Counted from the stretch's first letter, positions 21,569-33,477 are shown. The stretch is 64,000 nucleotides of DNA from Yuukianura sp. NJ FZ-2021 (GCA_046563655.1 JAJCTO010000010.1:434001-498000), one strand, 5' to 3'. Numbers and translations are program-made. The notes: a model not told the origin generated them from the letters alone.

Positions 21569-22488
21569 CTAAGTATACACCCTTAATCTAATTAGTATAG
21601 GTTCTCGGCAAACTGCACAACTTCTTAATGACAATGAACATGTAGGACAAGCAACCAAATGTTTACATGGCAAGAATACGTCGCAGGCTTCTTTGTCCCA
21701 ACAAATCTTACAAGTAATACTGTTGCCAGAGTCGTCTCTGGTAATACCAGAAACCAAAACGCCGGATGCCGCACTTGAGACATGTTCAGATGTCCCGGCA
21801 ACATCAGTTCCACCCACACTGGGAATATCAGTTTCGAGGCTAGTTATTTCTGCCACGTAACGTGTTGCCGACCCGGCCAAATCGGCTCCTCCATCGCTGG
21901 GGATGTCGGTTTCAGGCGCGGTTCTTCCCGCGCCGGCCATGTCGGTTTCAGGGGCGGCTGCTGCTGCGGCCATGTCGGTTCCTCTCGTCCCAGCACCGGC
22001 AACATCTATTCCCCTCTGGCCATGGTCGGTGGAAACATCAGAAGCTACGGTGCCGGGCATACCGGTTCCTGTGGTCACATATTCGAAAACATCAATCCTC
22101 GCTGCTCCGGTCGCTTCGGCTCCGTGGGTCCCAGTGACATCCGGAACGGTAACTAACCCAACCCCGGATAGTAGACCGGTCATGACTACAACATACGGAC
22201 AGCGTGGAAAATGTTTCCGGTGCTCCAACAACGGCTCATCACCAACCACCCATTCCCCCACGACACCCCGGCAATATGGACACGCAACCTGTTCAACAGA
22301 AAACAAATTATTCCAAATTTTTTACTTTTTTTTAGAAAACGTTGAAAATTACCCACCTTGTCATCTACTCCGAGGTAGTAAAATCCCGCAAACGAACATG
22401 CTTCCGGGGCCACAAAATTCAATGGCCATCTTACTTGAGCGTTCTGAAACGTTTGTAATCTCCCCTCATAACTCATGAGGCCCTCCAT
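21569..22488 (-). CDS. iap: Inhibitor of apoptosis (one BIR + RING), two exons 22488-22357 and 22288-21569, about 283 aa
   Basis: RLQTF..WP...AGFYY, CPYC-x16-H-x6-C BIR, and CKICWD...PCKHLVACPTC...CAVCR RING. A 68-nt GT-AG intron restores the frame. Confidence 0.93.
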
Positions 22489-22497
22489 ATTCCTTTG

Positions 22498-22534
22498 ACT
22501 GACTTCTCACAACTCAAGCGTTACTATATATATA
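22498..22534 (-). promoter_or_regulatory. TATA + TCAGT initiator upstream of iap
   Basis: TATATATATA at 22534-22525, TCAGT at 22502-22498, ATG at 22488. Confidence 0.55.
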
Positions 22535-22685
22535 CATTCGCAAAACCTAATTGTAGGGTCGGCTATTAATAGTACAAATTGAAATGACGATGAACATACG
22601 ATTCTGGACTTTGTTCCCACGTGTGCACCTAAGGACATGACTCACCACCGTCCTTGAAACAGGGTCGGACTGTGGACCACACAAA

Positions 22686-22957
22686 AACGATTTTGGACTT
22701 TGTTCACGCGTGTGCACGTAAGGTGTGAGTCACCTTCGTCTTTGAAAACAGATCTGACTTTGTACCAAATAAGACTTCCAAATTAAAATGCCATCATTGA
22801 ACTTAACCTTCTTATATGACTTATTAACGACCTAATTTTATGACTCAACTTCCAAATACTTTGAACCTTCATCTTGCATTCTTGTTTGAGTTATTTCGAT
22901 GAATCAACTTTCGAAAGAAAAACGTTTTACGTTCTTGCACACACCAACCATGCTACT
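22686..22957 (-). repeat. Polinton A terminal (TIR) sequence
   Basis: Begins AGTAGCATGG on the minus strand and matches 63133-63404 in inverted orientation. Confidence 0.8.
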
Positions 22958-23158
22958 GTCATTTGCTCTTTGTAAAATGAGTGTCTACTCTCGCTGTGGG
23001 AAATTAGTTTCACGATTGGACGTTGCTAAGCGTCACGAAAAAACTTGTTCAAAATGTCTTTCGGTTGAATTACTTTTGGATTCTCCCACCACCGCCGCCG
23101 CCACCGCCGCCACCACCACCGCCGCCGCAAAGCCCTCGGACTCCACCGCCAATGGTTA

Positions 23159-23741
23159 TCGAATCATTCTATCTTATTACACCAGACTTTTGTCAAACTG
23201 TGTTGTAATTTCAATCAATTACACTGGACTTTTCTCAAACTGTCTTGTAATTTCAATAAACTACACTGGACTTTTGTCAAACTGTCTTGTAATTTCAATA
23301 AACTACACTGGACTTTTGTCAAACTGTCTCGTAATTTCAATAAACTACACTGGACTTTTGTCAAACTGTCTTGTAATTTCAATAAACTACAGTACTTTTC
23401 TCAATTGCCGGGGGTATTTCCACCCTAATACGTCGCACTTGTGTAATGCAATGCTTTCCACTTCAGCTACAACGTGCTAACATGAGTTAGCACGTCAAAA
23501 TCAAATTTGACTTAGTGTGGAAATACCCCCGGCAATTGAGAAAAGTCTAGTGTAATTGATTGAAATTACAAAACAGTTTGACAAAAGTCCAGTGTAGTTT
23601 ATTGAAATTACGAGACAGTTTGACAAAAGTCCAGTGTAGTTTATTGAAATTACAAGACAGTTTGACAAAAGCCCAGTGTAGTTTGTTGAAATTACACGAC
23701 AGTTTGACAAAAGTCTGGTGTAATAAGATAGAATGATTCGA
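23159..23741. mobile_element. Foldback-type element with 42-bp tandem repeats in both arms
   Basis: TCGAATCATTCTATCTTATTACACCAGAC... mirrored at the end. About 5 units left and 4 right of ACTGGACTTTTGTCAAACTGTCTTGTAATTTCAATAAACTAC. TSD unclear. Confidence 0.8.
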
Positions 23742-23934
23742 GTATGATGCCATAAGGCAAGAAATGAAAAGCATGGCTATAGTCCTCCTCCCCTTCTCCT
23801 CCTCCTCCCCCTCCCCTCCTCCTCCTCCCCCTCCGCTCCTCCTCCTCCTCCTCCTCCTCCCCTCCTCCTCAGATAGCTGAAGAGCATGCCCATACTCCTA
23901 CTCCTCCTCAGATAGCTCAAGAGCATGCCTATAC

Positions 23935-26900
23935 TGGTGAGCGTTTCGATTCGCAAGATTCCTTTTGGGATCACGCTTTTGAACGTCATGTTTACGACCT
24001 TCGCATACCACGTCAAGGTATTTCTCTCAAAGAAAACGTACGCTTCTGGGTATCTTATAAAGTTGTGTAAATTATGTTAGAGTGGGAACCAATAGACGGA
24101 GAAGTTGCGGGTGCAAGTCGTCCCAGGGTACCAGTCAATGACGAATCTGGAGCAAGGAATTTGGAAAGACCAGTAGACCCAGTTGTAGATGCAATTTTAG
24201 AAGGGCTGCTTGATTATGAAGGTAGTAGCAACAGAAAAGAAAAAAAGAGTGATTTGGATGGTTAGTCGTGAAAATAAAAGATTTGGATTTTTCTGTAGAA
24301 GAATTCTCAGAAATTCAAGAATCAGCCATGAATGAAGACTTGTCAAACTTTCGCGAGAGGTTCTGCTCACAATGTGCCATCAATCTTTGAGAATGCAGGA
24401 GAGCTCGACTACCATCGGTTTGAGTTTCATCGCGAACTTTACATTGATCAAATGGAAGGTCAACAGTGGGAAGGAACTCAAAGTGGGCTCGAGATTCGAG
24501 AAGTTCAGAGGGCTGGACGTCGGCGAAATGGCGCTGACGGTGGTCTTGTACGTGAATTCGAGGTGGATTTGACTCCACAACTCTTTGCAAATGTGACGGG
24601 TGTGATGCGAAGTACAGCTAACGCGCTGACAACTTTGGTGGAAGGACTTCTTCAGGAGTTTGGGGGTATGAAGTTGATTTGTACGTTGGTTGCAGAGATG
24701 ACAAGAACATCAAGGGATCGACCAGGTGAAGCCGAGGTGGAACGGTTTCCGTTCAACAGTTTTCTACATGGATGTTTTCATCAGAGTATGATTCAAACTA
24801 TTTTGAGGCAAATGTATTCTAAAATGAGATTGTCTATGGAATCATTCGTTCACCACGGTTCGGGTTGGAAATTGAAGCGCTTCTTGGTACTTCAACTGAG
24901 AGTTTTCGAGTATAGGATGGACCGAGGGTCAAGTTGGGTTTCGACTCCAAAAGTCATTCGCGACAAACGATGCATTATAAATATTCGTAACAATGACGAA
25001 TTATGCTTCAAGTACGCTATCATGGCAGAACTCAACCCACTTTACAAAAACCCAAATGTAGACTGGTACGCTTTACCAATCCTAAAAATTATCAGACGGA
25101 TCTTGATTGACTGGGATTGTATAAATTTTCCGATGACCATCGCTCAACTTGACAAGTTCCATCACTTCAATCCACAGATTGCCGTAAATGTGTTTGGTTA
25201 CGAACCTCGAGACGAACTTGCTCCAAGTTTGAAAGGGAAAAAGAAGATTGATATTTTTCCTCTCTACGTATTTAGAGAAGCAAGAGCTAAAACTGTTGAT
25301 TTGTTATTGTTAATCGACGGAGACAAGTCTCATTACACACTTTTGCCGCAAAGTGATTATAATCCTACGGAGGGCCTGTCTCGATTACTAGGAACAGGTG
25401 AACGGTGGTATGAAATGTTTGTGTGTCGTTTTTGTGTGTGTTTTTCAAAAAGCGAAAAGAAATTGCAAAATCACCAAAAGTTTTGTGCGGCGTTGGACGT
25501 ACAACGTGTCGTTTTACCAACCGAAAAATACTTTACGTCAAGATTCCTCGTGCAACGTCTTCCTTTGCCGTATGTCATATACTTAGATTTTGAATCAGTG
25601 TTAGTACCAACAGACGGGATTGGTACTCGACAGATTGGTGACGTTTATAATGAACATTTAGACTGTGGGTGGTCAATGAGTATCATCAGACCTGACGGTT
25701 ATCTGGCGGACCGTGTAGTAGACCTAACATTTTGTGGTCCGGATGCTGCACTGAGGCTGGTTGACGAACTCGTGTCTGTTGCGGAAAAGATATGTCCAAT
25801 TTTGAAAAAAGATGTAGGCCTCAACCCACGATGGACAGAATCTGACTATGCTCATCTTTTGATGGCTTCAACTCACTGTATTCATTGTGGACTGGAGTTT
25901 GTAGAAGGGGTTGACACTAAGTGCATTGACCACTGCCATGTTACATCAGCCATTCGTGGAGTGAGTTGTGGTCCGTGTAACCTGAACGCCCAAGTTTGTT
26001 CATTTATTCCAGTTGTTTGTCATGGTTTTCGACATTATGATTCGAAATTTATTGTACAAGCATTGCGTGCTAGTACAATTAAATCTGTTGAAGTTTTGGC
26101 GAGCAGCAGCGCCGAGAAGTTTACTGCGCTTCGGTTGACAACCCATGGAGATCATGTTCTGCGAATGATTGATTCGTATCAGTTTATTAGTGCAAGCTTA
26201 TCAGAGCAAGTCAAAATGCTTGCCAAAGAAGGAAAAGACAAATTTGGTGTGACTTGTCATCATTTTCAACAGTACGGAAGTAAAATTGAATTACTTTTAA
26301 GGAAAGGGGTTTACCCTTACAGTTACTTTGACTCTATGGAGCGATTTGATGAAACGTGTTTGCCACCTGCTGAAAAATGGAAAAGCGATTTGACTGGAAA
26401 ATCCATAAGTCCTGAAGACTTGGAACACGCGCACACGGTTTGGCGGGAATTTGGCTGTCAAACATTGAGAGATTATCACAACTTGTACGCTTCTCTTGAT
26501 GTATGTCTCCTGGCAGATTGTTTCCAGAATATGAGAAGAAGTATGCTCGAGAGTTTCCGCCTTGATCCGGCGCACTATCTCACTCTTCCGGGAATTGCGT
26601 ACGACGCTGCAATGTTGGCAGGAAAAGTGGAGTACGAGTATTTGGATGAGATTGACAAGTACATGTATTTTGAACGCGGGATTCGGGGTGGAATTTGTTC
26701 TGTCGGACTACGTTATGCAAAAGCAAATAACCCTTACTTGGGGGATTTGTATGACCCGGCGCTTCCATTGAGTTACATTTGTTACTGGGATGCAAACGCC
26801 TTGTACGCAACTTGTTTGAGGAACTACGTTCCGTGGAAAGATTTTGTGTGGGAAATGTCACTGGAAAACAGAACAAGAAATTTGGATAGTGTCGTGAAGA

Positions 26901-28158
26901 TGATCATGGATTTGGAGGATTGTGGTCCGGAGGGATTAGTTTTGGAGGTAGATTTGGATTATCCGCAAGAATTGCATGATTCTCACAATGACTACCCATT
27001 AGCAGTACAGCGAAGTGAAATAACATACGATTGGCTCTCCGACTACACCAAAGAAGTTTTGAAGAACGTGGGAGCTACACCTGGATCTTGCAAAAAAACA
27101 AAACTTTTGGGAACATTGTGTAACAAAAGAAACTACATTGTCCAGTATCGACTTTTAAAGTTGTTTTTGGAGCTTGGACTGAAACTTGTGAAGGTTCACA
27201 GAGCCATACGGTTTACTCAAGCTCCATTATTTCGTGTATACACGGACATTTGTATAACACGTCGACGCGAAGCGACGAATCCGGTGGATAAGAACTTTTA
27301 CAAGGCCATGGGAAACATATTTGCGGGAAAAGTTTACCAGAATGTCCGGAAATATAGGCGGATCAACATTGCATTATCAAGAGTGAAGATGAGAGAATAC
27401 GCCCGAAAGCCAACCGTTGAGGACGTCAAAATCATTCATGATGAGTGTGTTTTGTTTGTGATGAAAAAGTTGGCTGCTAGGCTAGACAAACCTATTTTTG
27501 TTGGACAGTGCAATTTGGATGATTCCAAATGCAGAATGTACAGTTTTTACTATAAGTGGTTAAAGCCGCGATATGGAGACAACATGAGGCTGATGTATAC
27601 GGATACGGATAGCTTTTTACTTCACATAAAGACGGAAGATGTTTATGCAGATATAGCTGAAAGTGTGAGGAGGAATGAAGGCGTTTTTGACACATCAAAG
27701 TACGACAGAGGAAATGAAAAATTTGGATATTTGTGGAGTGACCAATTTGAAGGGGTTGGTGGTTGCGTCAAGGATAAATGCGCCAACGAAGTAATTTCGG
27801 AAGCAATAGCATTGAAGCCAAAAATGTATGCAATCAAGATGTTGAAGGAGGATGGGACCCAAACTCAGCTGAAGAAGGCAAAAGGAACAGTTCGCTCGGT
27901 TGTCGAGAATGAATTGGATTTTGAAGATTACAAAAAAGTTTTAGAAAACGGGCAGTTCAAGTCTTATAGTATGAATACAATTCGAAGTTTAAATCATCGT
28001 TTGTATACAACTACAATGTTCAAAAAAAAAGTTTGTCAGCATATGAAGATAAGAGTTTTTATTTGTCTCCAATTGATTCATTAAGATTTGGTCATTATAG
28101 AATTGAATTAGAAAAGAATTTGCATCAAATTGTAGACGGTATGGAAGAAGATGAATAA
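23935..28158 (+). pseudogene. polB: Polinton A pPolB, copy 2 (1250-aa ORF 24332-28084; 5' exons; terminal frameshift)
   Basis: All exonuclease and polymerase motifs lie in one ORF. The true C-terminus LSAYEDK...LRFGHY is in another frame after the A-run at about 28025. Intron 24018-24080; tentative intron 24261-24298. Confidence 0.92.
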
Positions 28159-28216
28159 AGCCAGTTAGACTAAATGTCCTTCCAGTTAGTAGTTGTTTGG
28201 AGTTTGATTTGTTAGG

Positions 28217-28875
28217 ATGGAAATCCAATGTTCATTGCGGCATCCGTTTGTCATGGTGTTGGCCGGTCCTACACAAAGTGGAAAAAGTACATTGATAAAA
28301 AAGTTTTGGAACGTTTAGACGAAGTTGTTGAGCCAAAAATCAAGCGTGTAATCTACTGTTATGCCGAGGATGAGCCGGATTTTGCAAAAAGTTTAAAAGG
28401 AGTTAACAGGGGAAAAGAAATTGAAATTGATTTTCGCCAAGGTATGGATCAAATTGATGTTGACATTGGAAACAAGACGCCAACCCTTGTTGTGTTGGAT
28501 GACTTTATGGAAGACCTTGGATCATCTTTGGATATTTGTAGAATGGTTACTCGGGGTTCTCATCACCGTTCACTGTCTCTTATGATTACGATTCAAAATT
28601 TTTTCTTCAAAGGATGTAGGAATTTGACTTTAAATGCAAAATATGTTGCATTATTTCGAAATCCAAGGGATAAGACTATAATAAAATATTTGGGACGACA
28701 AATGAAAGGCGAAAAATCAAATTCGACGCTAGAAGAAGCATTTGAGGATGCTACAAAGAACAAGCCAAATAGCTATTTATTTTTAGATATGTCTCAAAGT
28801 CAAAATGATGACTTTCGAATAAGATCAAATGTATTTGCAGATCCAGAATCTTGTATAGTATATTTGAAAAAGTAA
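28217..28875 (+). pseudogene. Packaging ATPase, copy 2 (1-nt frameshift near 28296)
   Basis: Mirror of 16090-16749; Walker A is out of frame with the remainder. Confidence 0.88.
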
Positions 28876-28881
28876 CATACC

Positions 28882-29376
28882 TTAGTTTCGTTTCAACTTT
28901 GACAGTCCTTCTGTGAGACAATCAAATAAATGAATTGGAATCACAACACTAGATCCAGCATCGTAAACATTTTTAATATGTAAATGTGTGAGCGGTCCTT
29001 GGTCATTTCCTTGTTCATTGCCAATGTAGAGCTGCCAACCATCTTCCAAATTTACTCGTGGTGGTGGATGTGGTTTAGGAAATTCTTGACGAACTTCAAC
29101 AACCATTGCCAAAGATGTGACTTTACGAGGAATCTTGGGAATTCGAACTCGTTTGCGTTGTTTTTTTTCTTGGGTAGTATCCGTGAGTATATTTGGGTTT
29201 AGGTTAAGAAAATCTTGAATTGGAGAATGCCTTTCGACTGGCTGGAGTTCCGACGTTTTATTGAGGTTACAGCTACAAGAAAAGGTTTCACAAACAGTAA
29301 TTGTTGTAGTTGAATTTTTTTTGAAGCAAAAATTTGCAAAAGAACGCCACAGAGAGCAAATTTGACACGAGCTCAT
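28882..29376 (-). CDS. Conserved Polinton protein, copy 2
   Basis: Translation identical to 15589-16083. Confidence 0.6.
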   Translation of the reverse strand: MSSCQICSLWRSFANFCFKKNSTTTITVCETFSCSCNLNKTSELQPVERHSPIQDFLNLNPNILTDTTQEKKQRKRVRIPKIPRKVTSLAMVVEVRQEFPKPHPPPRVNLEDGWQLYIGNEQGNDQGPLTHLHIKNVYDAGSSVVIPIHLFDCLTEGLSKLKRN

Positions 29377-29388
29377 GTCACGACGAAG

Positions 29389-30351
29389 TTAAACTGAAGA
29401 CTGAGGAACGCGTTGCAGTTCTTCGTTGTAAAATATTCCAAATATGTCTTCACCTTTGCCGTCTTTTAACTTGTAAGTGACGGGAACGGAGTTGCAAACT
29501 TCAACAATCTGGAAAATTTCTTTTGTCCAGCTTTGGGCGTATCCCTTTTCAAAAAGTGTTTTATATTTACTAAGTAGTACGGAGTCTCCAACATTGAAGG
29601 TAGCAGGTTTCCTTTTCGGTTGGTTTTGTTTTGGTAAGTGTCCGTACAAATTTAGAAATACTTCAGTTTTTGTGTCGTCATTGACTTGGTTTGGTGTACA
29701 TTTTATGGAGCGATGATATGTGTTGTTGTATGAAGTTACAATATTTTGCAAAACATCTAAGAATTTTGTGGTCTGATTGTGTGTCATATATCTCGCCAAC
29801 CTTCTCATTAATGTTCGGTTAAATCTTTCAACAATAACTGCCTTCAGTTCTGATCTAGTACTAAAGAATGAAACAGAGTATTGTTTTAAAGGCTGTTTAA
29901 CATTTCGATTTAAAAATTCTTTCCCTTCGTCAAATTTAATTGACTTTGGAGGGCCTCTTTTCTTAAAGATTTTTTGTAAAGCGTTTGCTACTTGACTCCC
30001 AGTTTTATTTTTTAAAGGGATGACGTCAGCGACTTTAGAAAAACCGTCAATACAAGTCAACAAGAACTTATGATTCGTATTTGCTTCAGAATACTTTGAA
30101 ATATCGATTAGATCAATTATATACTGATATCTTATGGACGGTATAAAAACTTTTCGTCTTTTGTAGCGTTTCCGAGCCGGTTTGTGAAGAGTATAAGCTG
30201 GAATTTGTTCTAATGCTTTTAGTACATCAGTTTTTGTGACCCCACTCTTCTTTTGAACTTTAAAAGTTCCTTCTAATCCTGAAAATGCAAAACTTGAACG
30301 AGGATTGACGTAATCCTTGCGTATTTTTTCTATTAAATGTTTCTGCTCCAT
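29389..30351 (-). CDS. int: Polinton integrase, copy 2
   Basis: One amino-acid difference (L/P) from 14614-15576. Confidence 0.93.
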   Translation of the reverse strand: MEQKHLIEKIRKDYVNPRSSFAFSGLEGTFKVQKKSGVTKTDVLKALEQIPAYTLHKPARKRYKRRKVFIPSIRYQYIIDLIDISKYSEANTNHKFLLTCIDGFSKVADVIPLKNKTGSQVANALQKIFKKRGPPKSIKFDEGKEFLNRNVKQPLKQYSVSFFSTRSELKAVIVERFNRTLMRRLARYMTHNQTTKFLDVLQNIVTSYNNTYHRSIKCTPNQVNDDTKTEVFLNLYGHLPKQNQPKRKPATFNVGDSVLLSKYKTLFEKGYAQSWTKEIFQIVEVCNSVPVTYKLKDGKGEDIFGIFYNEELQRVPQSSV

Positions 30352-30445
30352 TATCTAAATGAAATCTGACCCTAAGACTTGAAAATGCCAAACGTTTTAT
30401 ATGAGAGGTATACACACAATGAAATGAGTCATTTGAAGTTTCAAC

Positions 30446-30795
30446 ATGAAGCTGGTCACACGCATAAGTTCACACAATCATGTCTACAACTGTGAAAGAA
30501 AACTCACTTTTTGTTCACCACAACAAAGAAAAGCGTTAATTAAATATGCTAGTAGTGGTGAAGTCAAAAGTATTTGTGAATGTGTTTTGAATATATACAA
30601 AAAAATGTTGGTCTAAAAAAGTCTACAGTTGAAAAGTTACGTCCATTCAAAAGAACAATACTTTCAATTGTAAAGAAGAGACGCTCATCATTGGCAAAAA
30701 AGAAAAAACTTTTGTCTCAAAGGGGTGGTGCAATAATTCCGTTGCTATTAGGATCTATGATCCCAAGTGTTCTATCAGCCATCTTTCAAAAATGA
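30446..30795 (+). pseudogene. Small basic QRGG protein, copy 2 (A-run frameshift near 30600)
   Basis: Mirror of 14169-14519. Confidence 0.7.
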
Positions 30796-31889
30796 AACGA
30801 ATGCGTCTAATATCGGAATCAGAGTACAAGAACAAGTATGAAGAACCAAACAAAAGTTCCATAGAGTCACCAAAGATTGTGGGGGGTGAAGATGAAGATT
30901 TGGAACACAAGAAGCAAATAATTTTATCAGTTGACGATGTACCAGATGATATCAAAGCTCTTTTATACTATGATTTTTCTCGCCGCCTACTCCAAAAAAA
31001 AAATTTGTCAAATCGTCCAGTTTTAGTCAAGTCTATTTCTGAAACTAGTTCAAATTTGACATCAACTTCAAACACCAGTAACAACAACAACAACAACAAT
31101 CAATCCAACTTGGTACAAAAAATTGAGTATGTTACAGAACCATACATTTTAAAACAAGTACCAGGAAAGGATGCCAAAAAGTTTATAAACTTTATGAAAT
31201 TGAGTAACATCAGTTGGAATTCAGACTTGGAAATTTTGATTGATAATAAGCGAATTCCTTCTTCAAATATCATCAATGTCCTCTCTCAATTTATTTCATT
31301 TAAAAAGAAAAATTTGACCGAAAGGCAAAAACAAAATCTCCTATTTAATATACCAGTTGGATGGAATGAAGTTTATGAACATTTACAAAAATTTGAAGAA
31401 ATCCAAACACCACCACAAACTGTTCGTAGGATTCTTGAAAAAGTACCAACAGGAGAAGTTGGTAGTAGAAGAGAAAATTTAACTACTACAACAGTTGCCA
31501 GTGAACCAACAACCCCCCTTTCATCCCTTTTTAAAGGAGATTCTGAAGGAAATATTGAGGAGGAAGGGGATGATGATGATGATGTGGAAAGTAATACATT
31601 TGGTACACCACCAACCTTGTCTCCACAACAACATCAAAAATCATCTCCACTCAAATCTCTACCAATCAAAGACAGACTTCGAAAACGAGAAAACTTTACT
31701 ACTACTACGACTACTACAAATGACAGTACAAAAAGTAAAAAAAAATTGTCAAAAAACAACTTGCCAAAAGTTGGGAAGCATATAAAAATTAAAAAAAATT
31801 CTTTTGTGTGTGTATTTGAAAAAAATCCTTGCTTCCATGCTTGCAGGGATGCGCGCGCGCGGTCCCTGCTTTGCCATGGTGGGTTTTAA
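30792..31889 (+). CDS. Conserved Polinton protein of unknown function, copy 2
   Basis: 365-aa ORF homologous to 44891-45562. The C-terminus is uncertain. Confidence 0.7.
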   Translation: MKRMRLISESEYKNKYEEPNKSSIESPKIVGGEDEDLEHKKQIILSVDDVPDDIKALLYYDFSRRLLQKKNLSNRPVLVKSISETSSNLTSTSNTSNNNNNNNQSNLVQKIEYVTEPYILKQVPGKDAKKFINFMKLSNISWNSDLEILIDNKRIPSSNIINVLSQFISFKKKNLTERQKQNLLFNIPVGWNEVYEHLQKFEEIQTPPQTVRRILEKVPTGEVGSRRENLTTTTVASEPTTPLSSLFKGDSEGNIEEEGDDDDDVESNTFGTPPTLSPQQHQKSSPLKSLPIKDRLRKRENFTTTTTTTNDSTKSKKKLSKNNLPKVGKHIKIKKNSFVCVFEKNPCFHACRDARARSLLCHGGF

Positions 31890-32115
31890 ACCCAACAAGG
31901 CTACGCTGGGTGTTACTCCCTGCTGACCACGTGGGTTTTAACCCTGCGTGCAACTTGGGTTTAAGCCCTGCGTGCAACTTGGGTTAAAGCCCTGCGTGCA
32001 ACTTGTATTTAAGCCCTGCGTGCAACTTGGGTTTAAGCCCTTCGTACAACTTGGGTTTAAGCCCTGCGTACAACTTGGGTTTAAGCCCTGCGTGCAACCC
32101 GGGGTTTTTAACCCC
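31880..32115. repeat. 24-bp palindromic-core tandem array (7 units)
   Basis: GGGTTTAAGCCCTGCGTGCAACTT units. Confidence 0.88.
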
Positions 32116-32220
32116 TGTGCCCCCTCTACTTTTTTTTTCTTAAGTAGTAAGTAAACGTTGTATTTTATCTTAGTGTGATTTTGTATTTCGTCAAATAAAC
32201 ACGTGAATCTCAAAAAGAAA

Positions 32221-33020
32221 ATGGCGCATCAACAGCGTGACACCTCATTTTTTGTAACATTACAATCAAACGCATGTATGGATTTATTTCCAGAAAATAA
32301 AATTTCAAATTTCAAAAACCGTCTTTCTACAACAATCTCTTTCCCAGCTGGGCAATGGGAAGTTGCGCTTACAGAAATCTCATATACATTTGGAAATGCA
32401 ATAATACATTCTGGTGACGTGTTATTTTCAACTTTCAAAAAAGTGAGGACGAGTTTGTGTCGTCGTTACAAACATATGTCTGCAGCAGAAACATTACAAG
32501 TGAACAGGAACTGTTACAAGAACTGTCATCTGCTCTAAACGGAGCTACTTTTGAAATTAGAAACCACATTTTCTATTATCAATTTCCATTGCTACATGAA
32601 GGAATTATAGTTTCACAAAAATTGGTTGATATTCTTGGATTACCTAAACCAGATCTTTCTGGAAGAAGTAATGCAAAAGCTACAGAAAAACTTTTTCTAC
32701 AAAAACCTCTTCAACTCAAAGGTCAAGGAACAATGCCCGTCTTTTTTAATACTGGAAATACAAAAATGTTTGTATACTGTAACCTTATTAAACCACAATT
32801 TGTTGGAGATGTACTAGTACAGTGTCTGCGGGTTGTCAATTATGATGGACACACACGACGTCAAGTTGTTAATGAATTTTCGCATCCATATTTTTTGGAC
32901 CTAGCCGTAAGTGAGTTTGACACTGTCAAAATCTATTTATTAAATGAAGTAGGAGAAAATCTGGCATTACAATTTGGAAACGTGACGGCGACGCTTCGCT
33001 TCCGTCAACGAAAATATTAA
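32221..33020 (+). pseudogene. Minor capsid protein, copy 2 (A-run frameshift near 32440)
   Basis: Mirror of 12036-12836. Confidence 0.85.
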
Positions 33021-33030
33021 GAGCAAAAAA

Positions 33031-33477
33031 ATGAGAGCCTTAGTTCCATACAATTGCGCTAGAGATGGCGCTGAAAATTTCTTCAAATTTTCAACTCATC
33101 TCAATCCTCCTTTTCATCAAATTGGTTATGGATCCCCCATATTTTTTAGTGGAGTACGAAGACAAAGGGGAGCCGGGTTGGGAGCTGTGCTAGGTACATT
33201 TGCACGGAGGCTAGTACCATTTTTAAAAAAATATATCGCTCCACATGCATTGACGGCAGCGCGTGCAGTGGCATCTGATCTAATTGAACGTAAACGTCCA
33301 TTTTCTGAATCACTTCGTTCCCACGGAATAGATGCTCTTAAAGAAGCAGGGCGGGACTTGCTTAATCAGACGGGATCTGGACGGCGAATCACAAAGAAGC
33401 ATAGAAAACGAAAGAAAAAGAAAAAGAAAAAAGTTGCCAAAAAAGCAAAAGCTTCCAAACTCAGATACCTCTTTTAA
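33031..33477 (+). CDS. PW-like protein, copy 2
   Basis: Translation identical to 11578-12024. Confidence 0.7.
   Translation: MRALVPYNCARDGAENFFKFSTHLNPPFHQIGYGSPIFFSGVRRQRGAGLGAVLGTFARRLVPFLKKYIAPHALTAARAVASDLIERKRPFSESLRSHGIDALKEAGRDLLNQTGSGRRITKKHRKRKKKKKKKVAKKAKASKLRYLF

Larger units (their letters stand above)
10077..22957 (-). mobile_element. Polinton/Maverick family A, copy 1 (one intact terminus; truncated inside the protease gene)
   Basis: Carries polB, ATPase, integrase, minor and major capsid and the protease start. Terminus ...CCATGCTACT (AGTAG on the minus strand) at 22957. Confidence 0.93.

Noticed and set aside
23180..23720. 42-bp, 24-bp and 45-bp arrays as CRISPR arrays
   Set aside because: The units are head-to-tail without unique spacers, there are no cas genes, and the context is eukaryotic.
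28020..32445. Homopolymer frameshifts as programmed frameshifting
   Set aside because: Most occur in only one arm and in A/T runs, which fits sequencing error or slippage. Family B reads through the equivalent polB site.
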